Shown here piece by piece: positions 1 through 11,792 of a DNA stretch of 64,000 nucleotides (positions are counted from its first letter, which is position 1; each line of letters begins with the position of its first letter). The notes under the pieces were generated by a model, which made no database searches, was not told the origin of the DNA, and saw nothing but the letters and a program-made list of their open reading frames with translations. The DNA lies in the NCBI GenBank assembly GCA_965649765.1, contig OZ287748.1, positions 16,616,001 through 16,680,000 of the forward strand. Reading direction: 5' to 3'. The stretch is from Bispira polyomma. Taxonomy: Eukaryota. The translations under genes were made by a program, and so were the position numbers.

Positions 1-345
1 AGAATTTAGAAATATATAGTTGTTATTTATAAAATGAATATGTCCAATTATATATAGTAAGCAATCTTACATGAACAATCTTACAATATCAAAGTAAAGG
101 TACAAATAATAACTATTTCCTTTGATGAAATTGTTGATATTATACACAAGGTTTTGTGAATGTCAGTCATTTTAAAAAGTTGGGTTTTTTTTCTGAGTTT
201 GCCAATGTAAACATTTAGTTGGATTTCTAAGCTCATATTTTAACTCTATCTATTGTTACATAACCATATTTTAATGTGATTACATTTTACTTTAAATTCA
301 GCTTTTAAAACTCATTTTTTAAATAAATGTGTATTTCACATATAG

Positions 346-391
346 ATTGAGTTCATGCAGAATGGTATCATGGGCTATCAAGAATCTGGTG
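346..391 (+). CDS. Short linker exon (IEFMQNGIMGYQESG)
   Basis: atatag acceptor, G|GTACGT donor; homologous to 25534-25645 together with its downstream intron. Confidence 0.72.
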
Positions 392-3300
392 GTACGTTTT
401 TGCTAATCCATTACTTCGCTTAATAACTTATATCTTGTTTATTCCTGTGATTGTATGATTAGCATTGCTTAGCACACAAACTGTTCTAATTGTCTGAAGT
501 GAACAATGTTTAGTTCTTAATGAACTATATATGTAATGGCCTAGTGGTTATAAGAATCTGATTAAATATCACCTCTGGATTCAAAATACACTGCTTCCTT
601 CATGTGGAAAAATGTATTTGTCGTAGCTCCATGGTTTCCAATATCAATAACAGAGGTTTTCTGAATCAGGCCGTCACAAATATAACCAAAGATTTTGAAA
701 GTGACGTAAAAACCAAATCAATTAAATTAAGTATTTATTATATTTTAACCCTGTATGATTTGGTTTGGTCTGAAGGACTCCGTTTTGCAATGGTTTGTTT
801 CCTACTTGTCAGACAGGTACCAGTGTATTAAAATTGGTGATATTTTGTCTGACCTACAAGTGCTGAAATTCGGTGTGCCGCAAGGGTCTGTGCTTGGACC
901 ACTCCTATTTTCATTATATACTACACCCCTTAGCAAAATTATTTCCTCCTATTCTTCTCTGAAGTATCACTTCTATGCAGATGATACACAGATTTACGTG
1001 CACCTTACTCCTAACACATCAATCGGTGCCCTGGAAGTCCTTCAGAAATGCTTAGCAGATGTTCAAAATTGGATGGCGCTAAATAAGCTCAAGCTGAATC
1101 CTGCTAAAACTGAATTCATATTGTTTGGGTCGGGCACTCAACATGCTGAACTGTCAAATTCTTTTCCTGCAAGCATTCTTGGAACACTGTTATCCCCAAC
1201 TGATAAAGTGAGGAACCTGGGAGTTTTGTTTGACAGTGATTTTTCATTTTCCAGTCATATCCAATCAGTGTGTAAGTCATGCTTCATGGGTCTCAGAGAC
1301 CTCAGGAGAATCAGGAGGTACCTTCCAAAATCGGTTGCAATAACTGCAGCAAATGCTCTGGTTGGTAGCAGACTGGACTACAGCAATTCACTGTATCGCA
1401 GCTTGACCAAAAAGGATCTAAAGAAATTGCAATGCATCCAGAACTCATTGGCACGTCTAGTCAGTTGTTCTGCTCAGCTTTCAAATGCTTCACCGATTCT
1501 GAAGTCACTCCACTGGCTCCCTGTTAGGTATCGGTGTGTTTTTAAAACTGCTACAATAGTATAGGTTTCTCGATTCAGGTTTGCCTAAATACTTTGAACC
1601 ACACTTGAGTTACTACAAGTGCAATGTCAACACCAGGAGAGCCGCTCCCAAAAATAGGTTCCTTCATGTTCCAAAATATAAGTCCAAAGTACACGGGTCA
1701 AAGGTTCACTTTGATAAAAGTTTTGCAAATGATGCCCCTACCCTATGGAATAGTTTGCCTCAACACATTAGGACAGCTCCGTCCCTGTATTCCTTCCGGC
1801 GCAGTTTAAAGACCTATCTGTTCAATGATGCATTCCCTCCATAGTCTCTTTCCCATTCTCGGTGGACGCATTGATGACGACTTCCTTCTGTCTATCACCT
1901 ATGTTTTTCGACTCTGGCTGTGGTTTTTATGCGCCTTAGAATCCGTTACAACGAAAATAAGCGCTAAAAAAGTCTGATATATTATTATTATTATGATGAA
2001 AAGGTACCTAGTAGATATACCAGTATCAATTAATGCTTAACAATGAACAATGTCAATCATTTACAAGTTACTAAATAAAAAACAACTGTATAACATCCTT
2101 GATGCTGCAACAGATTAAACTGTTAGTATTGGTAGATTCTGTGTATATGGCCGCTTGTATTTTTATTGTATTTTTCACCATTTTACTGGTATCGTCTAAA
2201 GTACCAAAACAATCAATAACACTTTTAAGAACCTTCACAGTGATGATTGAATGAAAGTAAGGGACCTCTTTTCCCCTCTTCCAACATACAGACACAACAT
2301 GTCTCAATAAATCGAGTTTGTATGTCAATAAAACGACTTTGTAAGTCAATATATTGAGTTTGAAAGTCAGAATTTATAAGTCAATAAAACGAGTTGTAAG
2401 TCAATAAAACGAGTTGTAAGTCAATAAAACGAGTTGTAAGTCAATGAAATGACTTTGTAAGTCAATAAAACGACCTTGTAAATCAATAATGGAGTTTGAA
2501 AGTCAATAAATTGAGTTGTAAGTCAATTAATCTAGTTTGAATGTCCACGAATAGGAAAAAACAATTTCTACATGAGGCCCTAATATGCTTCCATACTTTT
2601 CAGACAGCCCGGCCGGTTATGAATCTCACCCTCAAACAGATTGCACTGGTAATGACTTGGATGATACAACCGCCAGTAATGCAGTAGAATGTGCAAAGAA
2701 GTGTGCTTCCTTTCCCAACTGTGTGGCCTTTCAATTCAATGTTCTCAATCAATGTTACCCAAAGTACCAGTGCGACCAGCTGAAGAATAATGCTGACGGC
2801 AATATATACACTGTGATGTATAACGCGGGTTAGTATAGTTGACATTCCTAAAAGCACAGATGCAAATGTCATTTTGCTGTAACTAACAAGTTTGGTAGCT
2901 GTGGCCTAGTGCTGCGAGTGTTTGACTTTCGATTCTCCCTGCATGTCTGGACATTGTAATCTTGGGCAAAGGTACTTCATACAAATTGGTCGCTTTTCCC
3001 CTGGGTATATAAAAATGGTTTTACATAGCCGCAATGGGTGTTCAGTCTTTGCACTGTGTGTGGCAACATGGCTAGTATGCTCCCTTATGGAACTGAAAGT
3101 TCATTTGAGTGTTGGCTTCACAATCACTGGCCTTTCACCAAAGTGGGATCTTTCCATCATGTGGGAAAGTTTGTCAGGTACTTGCCATAGGCCGATGGTT
3201 TAGAGTGTTTTAGCATTCATTACTTCCACCTTTAAATTTAAATATGACCTAAGCTGTTAAAAGTAACGTAAAACCCAATTAAATTCAAATATAATGTACT

Positions 3301-5430
3301 TTTAAAATGCCAAATGATTTGGAATCGCCCTGATCAAATCACCAAAGAGGGTAGTATCTCGTAAGTTTCTGACAGTGGGTCAGTATTTGGCAAGTTGGCC
3401 AAACTTTAACCCCTTAATCCTCCTACTGTTTGTGGGTTCAAATTGTGTTTCTTAAAGATCGACTAAAAGAGTTGTTCGAATTTGGCAGGTTGTGATTATT
3501 AGGTGGTAGTGGGGAACTACAACTATCCGTACCTGTATCCTTTTCCATATATATTTCGGAGTGTAATCATATATTTAATCATACATCTAGCAAACACAAT
3601 CGATTTGCGCTATTCCCACCCGCATCCGTAGAAAAGGCTTCCAAACCCTTTTTCTATGGATTCAGATTCAGGGATGATGTAAATTGGTTAGAGTATAGCC
3701 ATCACCCGTGAATATATATACGGATACGTACACAGGTGTGGGTGAGCACAGATAGGTCTGGTTTCACATTTACACCAGCAATCCGTCAAATGGCCTGTTT
3801 CATTGTAGCAAATCAATCAACTATCAACGAATTCAATGATAGTAAGAAGTAAATATCACCTCACGAATGCACAAATATGACATTGGATGTGACATGCCAT
3901 AGTAGTAAAAGTAGAAAATAGGGATTGTTTTTTTCTGGCAGGGGTGTGACTACGCTGCGTATCCCACTCGACTACGATTGTTAAACAATAATATAAAGTA
4001 AAGTGGGGTACCCCGTCTATAAACTTAAATAATCTTAAATATAAAAAAAACCACAGTAATCACAATAAAATAAGCTTTCTCCTGCCATTTTCAACGTCAA
4101 CATCCGACAAATATTGAGTATATATCGGATGAAAGAAAAGACAGCGTCAGCTGGCATCGGATCGGATACATTTAAATCGGCCAATGTCAATGTCTGCTGA
4201 AAGGAAGCCAGGGCTAATTCTAGTAGCAAGTCCGTACATTTTCTTTGTGTTTATCTAGTTTGAATGTCACTGCAAACCACAATGCATGGAATTTCAGGCG
4301 CAGAAATTTACAACATTACAGTACTTCGATTTATATACAAAGCCACAAACCAATCACATTGTTAATGACAAACCAATCACATAAATTAATTCTGGGGCTA
4401 GTTCCCGCCCCTTCTATTATGTTAGCATTATCAATTTCGAAAGCATCCAGTTAAGAGCAGAAAATGTAGCTCAACCCACCACCCATTAAGTTAGCTTTAA
4501 ACCCTCTGCTAGTCGTTTATGTGCCGCAGATGTCACATAAAATTGAAACAAATATTTTCACATATCAATCCTCTTTCCCTAGTATATATGATTTTAATTT
4601 GCCTCATACTTATAACAGGGTTTTGTTCAAAACCCTTTTTTTATGACTTTGTTACATACGCCTACAGGTATCACCTGCTTAAGTTTATCGAAGTTAAACT
4701 ATATGTCCTATATAGTTGTTGGGGGCCGATGTCGGCGATATTGCTACTATGCATTTTATCATACAAGATTTTATGGGTACTATCTACCCAAACTTAAAGT
4801 TAGTTAGTTAAAGGTCAAACCACATAGATTTTAAAAGGCGACTGTATCATAAGTTTTCAATTTAGTTGCACTGTTTTGGAGAACATATCATTAGTGTATA
4901 ATACAAGTAAAATGACAATTATGGCATCTATGATTAAATTGTACCGGAAAACAAGAAGACAAACACTCCCAAAACTGGGCCTAATAAGCTCGTTGTGTAA
5001 AGCTTTGTCTTCTTTTGTTATATAATACAATACACACCACTCGTGTAGTTTTCCTATAATTTTTGTAAATATAAAACCTAACGGGAGACAATGTTAGGTT
5101 AGAATAATTGTTGCTGGAGCCCTAGCTTGCTATCAACACTATAAACAATGGCTTAAAATCCAAGAAAGCCCTTAATACATTTTTTTTTTTTTTTGTATTA
5201 ATATTATAGATTTTTTTCACTTTTTCATTTATTTAGATGGTTATAACTGTGGCGACAACAATCCCTGCTCTCCTGCAAACACTGCAGCAAACGGTTACTA
5301 CTACCCTGACGTGGATCCCCGTCAATTTGTCCAGTGTGACTATGCTGGGGAATGTTATGAGCTCAGTTGTCCTCCAGGGCTGGTTTACGATGAGGCAGCT
5401 TTCGTTTGTGTGGACAAAAATCAGAAATGA
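346..5430 (+). CDS. Paralogous PAN + CBM14-like protein with a single PAN domain, 5'-partial; exons 346-391, 2604-2828, 5237-5430
   Basis: IEFMQNGIMGYQESG | DSPAGYESHPQTDCTGNDL...YTVMYNA | DGYNCGDNNPCSPANTAANGYYYPDVDPRQFVQCDYAGECYELSCPPGLVYDEAAFVCVDKNQK*. GT-AG boundaries with the same phases as the minus-strand paralogue; AATAAA at 5512. Confidence 0.87.
760..1991 (+). mobile_element. 5'-truncated L2/CR1-group LINE (RT C-terminal half, one frameshift near 1560)
   Basis: GVPQGSVLGPLLF, YADD, HWLPV, APTLWNSLP motifs; (ATT)n tail; TATGAT on both sides (754-759, 1992-1997). Confidence 0.93.
2306..2540. repeat. Minisatellite, 20-21 bp unit GTCAATAAAACGAGTTGTAA, about 11 copies
   Basis: Directly visible tandem periodicity. 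Confidence 0.9.
2604..2828 (+). CDS. PAN/Apple domain exon
   Basis: 225 nt, phase 1-1, ttttcag acceptor, G|GTTAGT donor, ECAKKC-x5-CVAFQF-x5-CYPK. Confidence 0.88.
5237..5430 (+). CDS. Terminal CBM14-like chitin-binding exon
   Basis: atttag acceptor, CPPGLVYD motif, TGA at 5428-5430; same length (194 nt) as the paralogous exon. Confidence 0.88.
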
Positions 5431-6169
5431 GACGTTTATGTTTTACATAAAATGTCGATATATCTCTGCTTTTGGTTTAAAAATAATATGGTCACTTCTG
5501 TGAATTAAAGCAATAAAATTGCTTTGCAGCAAATATTTGTTTTTATTAGTTCTTGTCATTTTTGGAGCCATTTTGATCACATAACTAAATATAGTCTTAG
5601 GTAGCCATACATAAGGCGATTTAACTTTGGCAAGAATTTGTCTAAGACAAGAAGATCACAAGGCCTCCAGGTTTTCGAGCTGGTCATATCGTTACCTTTT
5701 TGCCTCTATTACAAAATGTCAAATTTCCAAAAACATACTAAGTTAAGACCAAAATGTTTAATAAAATTCATATCTCCATGGTCTATAAATTTTATTATAA
5801 GCTAACCGATTTACTGCCTTAATTATCTCTGAGTATTCTGTACAATTTTTTTTTTTTTTTTTGTGTGTTTTTTAATGCAATTGATTCAGTTCTGATTAAA
5901 TAGTTCAGTTAAATAAAGTCTCAAGCTAGGTTTCTATGCAATAAGTTTGTTGTATCATTTGCTGTATCACAACTTGCATTTTTCATGTGTTATCAGTTTC
6001 CGTAGTCCTTTACTCCCTTTTTGTTGTCCCTATAAAAGCAATGAAATCTGTAATATACTATTATCTGACATAATGCTGTAAAGAATGCTGTGTCAACCTA
6101 AAACTCTAGATCACATGAAATAAGAAACTAAGTCAATTGTGGACATCTTTATACTTCACACCTTTTCCC

Positions 6170-6960
6170 CTTCAGGTATATCTGTATTGGGATGCCTCAA
6201 TCTCCATATATCAAAGTCTCTGCCACATCCGACATTCCCTCTGGGATCATGATTTTTTTTAAAACATCTAAGTACACATTTAGGTCACTCCCTATAATGA
6301 CATTTTGTCCCACATAACTTTCATATGTCATATGTTTAGCAAAAGCAAAGCATTTTTTCTATTGTAGGAGCATACAGATTTCTAAATTATAGCTTTTATC
6401 CCTGTACACAACTCTACTTGGTAAAGTGGTGAAGTAATTTCAACACATCACAATATCAGCCATCACTTTATGCAGATGATACATCTACTGCTCAATTAGC
6501 TCTAAGAAACTGTCCAAAGGGCTTCATCAGCTCTCTAGTTTTCTAACATCAATTGAATAATTTTTAATCATTTAAAACTAACGTTAAACCCAGAGAAAAC
6601 TTTTCCCTTCAAATCTTCTCAATAATAGAACTCTTCTAAGAACTTTGAGTCATTTTTTGACGCTGATTTCTCCTTCCAAAACCATGTTTCAAACATTTAC
6701 TGATCCTGCAAATATAACATTTGTAACTTTGGCAGGATTTGTCATCTTTTAAAGATTTGTTGCAGCTTGCAATTGCCTTGGCTACAAGTCAACTTGACTA
6801 CTGTAATTCACTGTTGTATGGTAACAGACTAGGCCAATAAACAAACAGCAAAACAATCATTGTAGAATTGTATATTGTATATTTAGCTGCTCCACGATCA
6901 GATGTAACCCTCTTTTTTTAAAAAACTGCACTGGCTACAAATTAAATGGAAGAAATAATA
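6170..6960. mobile_element. Old decayed LINE fragments (L2-like RT plus L1-like endonuclease piece), mirrored at about 18290-18830
   Basis: tatgcagatgat (YADD), cttgactactgtaattc (LDYCNS), cactggcta (HWL); inverted homologue downstream of the paralogous gene. Confidence 0.7.
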
Positions 6961-7149
6961 ATTGAAACATTTTTAAAGCACTAAATTGATGAGAACATCA
7001 TCTAAGGCACTGATATCCAAAAAAGTGAAAATCCAGGGGCAAGCAAAAGGTCATTACCAGAGAGTATCCACCAAGGGAAGGGTGACAAGGATAATAAAGT
7101 TTATTAAAGTTATGTTCATATTTTCTTTGTATTATATGTATTATGTGTG

Positions 7150-9745
7150 TATAGCGTTAATTTTTTGTTACATTTACAATTTTCTCCAAATCAGAATTTT
7201 TGATATTTTGTGTCAATGGTGCATTTCTGTGGGGATCTCTGGGAAAGTCTATAAAATTGTACAGGTGAATGCATTGTTCATGGTACTGCAAACAAACTCA
7301 CGTTAGTTGCTATTCTCTTTGGTCAAAACTATGAATATAAATATTGGCAATGTGCTTATTTTGAATATTAAAATTAGTAACTTGGAAGTGAAAATTATTA
7401 ACTTTTATGGACCTAATAAGGACTCCTTAAGCTTTTATCAAAACCTAGCAAGTATTGTTGATACAAGTGTGGAATCGTATGTATTTATCTGTAGCGACTT
7501 AAATGTAGTATACTAGACTGAAAACAAGATCTGAACAATTATGTTCATATCAATAAAAAAAAACATCAAAATTCTAGAAGTATGGTTTAAGAATGATAGA
7601 TGAATGTAACTTGATTGATGTTTACAGAAATCTGCACCCAGATAAGTTGAGATATACATAATGAAAACGGTCATCTCTTCAACAAGCTAGATTAGATTAT
7701 TTACTGGCCTCCCACACCCTTTTAGAATTAATACACAAATGTGATATACTATCCGGATATAGAAGTGACCATTCATTAGTCAGACTTGAAATATGTATAA
7801 ACAAATTTGAACATGGTGTAGTCTTATGGAAATTTAACACTTGAGAAACCAAGATTACTTGAATTTGATCAATAATGCTATAAGCGAAGAGATAATAAGA
7901 TATGCCCTTCCAGTATACAATTTAGATTTCTTTGAGAACAGTGTGCAAGACATTCAGCTTTCAATTAATGAAAATTCGTTCTTAGTATCTCCGCATATCT
8001 TCATCAATAATATCCTATCAAATTTGCTTGTTACTTAAAAAATGTTCAAACGTTTTAAAGAAAAGCAAGGCAAGAAGAAATACATGATATAGAAAAATGT
8101 AGCAATATTTCAGCTGTAATAAATTTACTTGAGTACAAAAAGAATGAGTTGGAAGCACTGAGACAGAAAAAACTAAAAGGTCGCATAATGAGATCTTGCA
8201 TGCAATGGTTGCAAAATGGAGAGAAACCAAGCAAATATTTTTGTTCGTTAAAAAATAAACATTTTACAGAAAAAAACTATTAAGTATATTAGTAAAGAAA
8301 ATGGAAAGGTTATCAATGAACAAGGTAACATTTTGAAAGAAACAAAACTATTTGATGAAACTTTGTTGGACAATCATTCTCATAAAGTAAAGGATTGTTA
8401 AGTTAAAAGTCTTGCTTGACAATATGTAAATCGATAGATTAAATGACGAAAAAGGACAATCTTTAGATGGTCAGCTTACACTACAGGAGCTGAGAAAGCT
8501 AGCAAGAGTATAAAGAATGGTAAATCACCAGGAATTGATGGATTTCCAGCTGGATTCTTTGAAACATTTTGGGGCAAATTAAAGTACTTTATTTACAAAG
8601 AAAAAAAAACTTTTATATCATGTGAAAAAAGGGTGAATAAAGCTGCTTTTTTATATAAATTTTTTTTACAGCTATCTGAAAGGGGAAAATGCCACTATTT
8701 CATGTCTTCCGAAGGGCAACAAAGACTGGTCTTGCTTAAAGAACTGGTGTCCGATCTTGTTACTATCTGTTATATATAAAGTAGCATCACTTCCAATAGC
8801 AAACAGATTAAAACCTATTTAAATCATATAATTGACAAAAATAAAACAGGATTGATTCCTGGCAGATATATAGGTCATTCTACCCATTTAGTATATGACA
8901 TTATGTACTATACTGAAACTTATGAAAAGAAGGTCTGCTAATGCTAATTGATTTGAAAAAGCGTTTGACTCAGTTGTTTGGCATTTTCTTTATAATTTTT
9001 GGAAATATTTGGGCTTTGGTCAAGGATTCATTCAATGGAGCAAAGTTTTTGACAAAAACATCAAGGTATCAGTGATACAATGTTGTGTCCTATCTGAACC
9101 TTTCCAAATTAAACGTGGCTGCCGCCAAGGGAACCCTACATCTCCACATTTATTCATTATCTGTGCTTTTATATTATTTATTCTTTTAATAAAGAATTAG
9201 TGAGAATAAAAATGGGAAGGACATAATTCAGGATCACGCAGTTTGCCGATGACACTACTCTGTTCATTGATGTGTCCCAGAGATCCTTTCGGGCAGCTTT
9301 AAATATTCTGGAAATACTTGGAAGTATGTCTGGCTTGAAAATGAATACAAAATAAAAACAAGCTGATATGGATAGGTGGTATGCTTTAAGTTACAATGGA
9401 GCACCACTGAATTTGTACTGCTAGATATAACATTCAATGTTGTTCTGGATCAAATGATGGAAAAAACTTCAGTAATGCTCTGCAGGAGTCTGTCAACATA
9501 CATTATAATTGGAAAAAAGTGCTACCTGACACCTTTTGAAAAAATAACTGTTATTGAAATATTTAGCATTCCGAAATTTTATCACATACTTATATCCCTA
9601 TGAAATCACTCTCCTAAATGATAAAATATATTATTTTCTGTGGAATGGCAAACCTGACAAAGTAAACCGAAAATTGGTTGCAGAGGCCATTTAGATGGTG
9701 GGCTTAAGATGACTGAAAGTCAAATTCACAAAGTCATTAAAAGCT
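7150..9745 (+). mobile_element. Degenerate L1/Tx1-clade LINE ORF2 (APE endonuclease + RT) with many stops and frameshifts
   Basis: INFYGPNKD, RLDY, SDH, KSPGIDGFP, EKAFD, RGCRQGNP.SP.LF, QFADDT, GGLKM motifs. Confidence 0.9.
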
Positions 9746-9749
9746 ACTG

Positions 9750-11790
9750 TAAAGATCAGCCAGCGGCCAGGCTAGAGGCGGGGCTGCAGAGAGGGAGGAC
9801 ATGGTATCATGCCCCTTTGTCTGCTGGACTGAAGCTGGCCGTTGGGTTGCAATTTTTGGCCACGGGGGACTCAACCAACAGCTTGGCCTTTGACTTCAGG
9901 GTCGGTAGAGCCAGTGTAAAAAAGATGGTGCTTGAAGTCTGTGAGGCCATTTTAGAAGAATACTAGGATGAGTGGCTGACCTGTCCAACCACCGCAGATG
10001 ACTGGAAATAAGTAGACGGCGTCTTCCATACCAGATGGAATGTGCCCTATGCCTTAGGTGCTCTTGATGGCATAAGATGTCCCAGAGGAGGTGGCAGTCA
10101 ATACTTTAACTACAAAGGCTTTCACTCCATTGTAATGCTGGACCTTGTAGATGCCAATTACCGCTTCCTCTGGGTGGATGTTGGGTGCAGTCGGTCGTGG
10201 TCAGACTCCCAGATATTCAACTAATGTGAGCCGAGGGACATGATCGAGGATGGCTCAATTGGATTTACCCCACTGCGACGCATCAGCCCGACCAGACCTG
10301 CAGTGCCATGCCTCATCCTGGACAATGACACGTTTTCACTGAAATCATGGCTGATGAAGCCTTCCTCCCACCGAGGCATGACTCCTGAGCAGAAAATCTC
10401 TAACTACAGGATAAGCTGGGCAGGAGAGTGGTGGGGAATGCCTGGGGATCCTCAACAGATGGGGAGCAACAGATGGAGGGGACTCCTGACCACCATCCAG
10501 CAGGAACCTCATGTGGCGGCAACTGTGACCATGATATGTTGTGTGCTGCACAATATACTCACAATATCGGACCCTGGCAGTGGAAGCATACATGGGGAAC
10601 CTAATGAGCTACAAGGGGATGATCGGGCCCTACCCGGGCCAAACCCCAACAGAGAGGCCAAGAGCCTAGAGAGAGCTGCTGATGCAGTAATTTTACAATG
10701 AAGGAGCAGTGCCTCGACAACAGGGCAGAATCTGAACTTTGACTTCTTCACTTGTACCGAGTGCTAATAATCGGCCTTTTTCAGGGCCACCCTAATTTTC
10801 CAAGAACAATCGATATGCTAGTTTTGCTAAAAAAAGATGAAATAATCCCCTCACTACCATATACCATATACACACAGGACCCACATTTAACCAATCTCTG
10901 TCAGACACATCACAACACATCACCCAAGGTTCATGAAACACAAGGAACTGCATTATTAAAAATAACCTTTGGGTTCAAACACTGTAAGATATTGTTTAAA
11001 CTTTTTGGGGACCAGGGTTCAAACCCTTTAACAATTCTTTAAAACTTGTGGGGAGTTGGGGTTCAAGCTCTTAAATTTTCTTTAAAACATGTGTGTTTGA
11101 GTGAGGTAAGTTTCTTTGTTGGGCCACTAAGTGTTTTGTTCTGATGGTATTTTTGGTATTTTTAAACAACTGCTCCAATAAATGTTCTTGGAATATTTGG
11201 TGGCCCTAATAAGGGCCAATATATTTTAAGTCCTTCCCAGGACATTTGGCAGATCTGCAGCTGTTGGAGGAGGAGTTCAGAGGGCTGGAGAGCTGGTGGA
11301 GGTGCGTCTGTTGGAGGTCTTGGGCGGTGTGTCGGATGTGGCGGTTGCTTTAGCTGTCATGGTCGGTTGGCCGTCATCACCTTCCTCTGTTATTGGCAGA
11401 GGCATATTCAGGGTTGGGTAGTCTCCTGTGGTCCCTCCGAGGTACAGAGACAACCAGGAGGACTGGTTGTGAAAGTCTGAGCTCGCTGATATGATGTTGG
11501 AGAAATGGAAGGGGCTGGCCGCACTCTTCTGTGGTGAAGGTACGTGTATAAGTGTCCCAGTCAGTGTCTGTCCCACCCTATTGTAAGGATTATTTGGGGC
11601 CAACCCCAGCTAATCCTCCTGGCACAATCCTCCTTGGCCCTGGCTAATCTTTAAAATTGAGGTGTCATTGGGGTGCCACCCCGAGTAAACCTAACAATCG
11701 GGGAGGCCACCCCAGTTAATCTTTACAGTCGAGGTGAACAATTGGGGTGCCAGGATGATTAATCAGGAAGCCACCCCAATTAGTCAGGGT
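9750..11790 (+). mobile_element. Degenerate PIF/Harbinger transposon (DDE transposase pseudogene about 9750-10700; GGGGTGCCACCCC-like repeats near 11590-11790)
   Basis: LQFLATGDS, GALDG, YFNYKGFHSIV, VDANYRFLWVDVG, SDSQIF, WLMKP, CCVLHN; right boundary uncertain. Confidence 0.85.
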
Positions 11791-11792
11791 CA

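Noticed and set aside
2306-2540. 20-bp array as another splice-junction array
   Set aside because: It ends about 60 nt before the acceptor at 2603 and the unit does not resemble the junction
755-2828. RT next to variable repeats as a diversity-generating retroelement
   Set aside because: The RT is an ordinary truncated L2/CR1 LINE; there is no template/variable repeat pair, and PAN differences are not adenine-specific
5237-5503. ORF-track proteins MVITVATT... and MAITAKAT... (19158-19367)
   Set aside because: Wrong frame; the real exon is the phase-1 CBM14 frame
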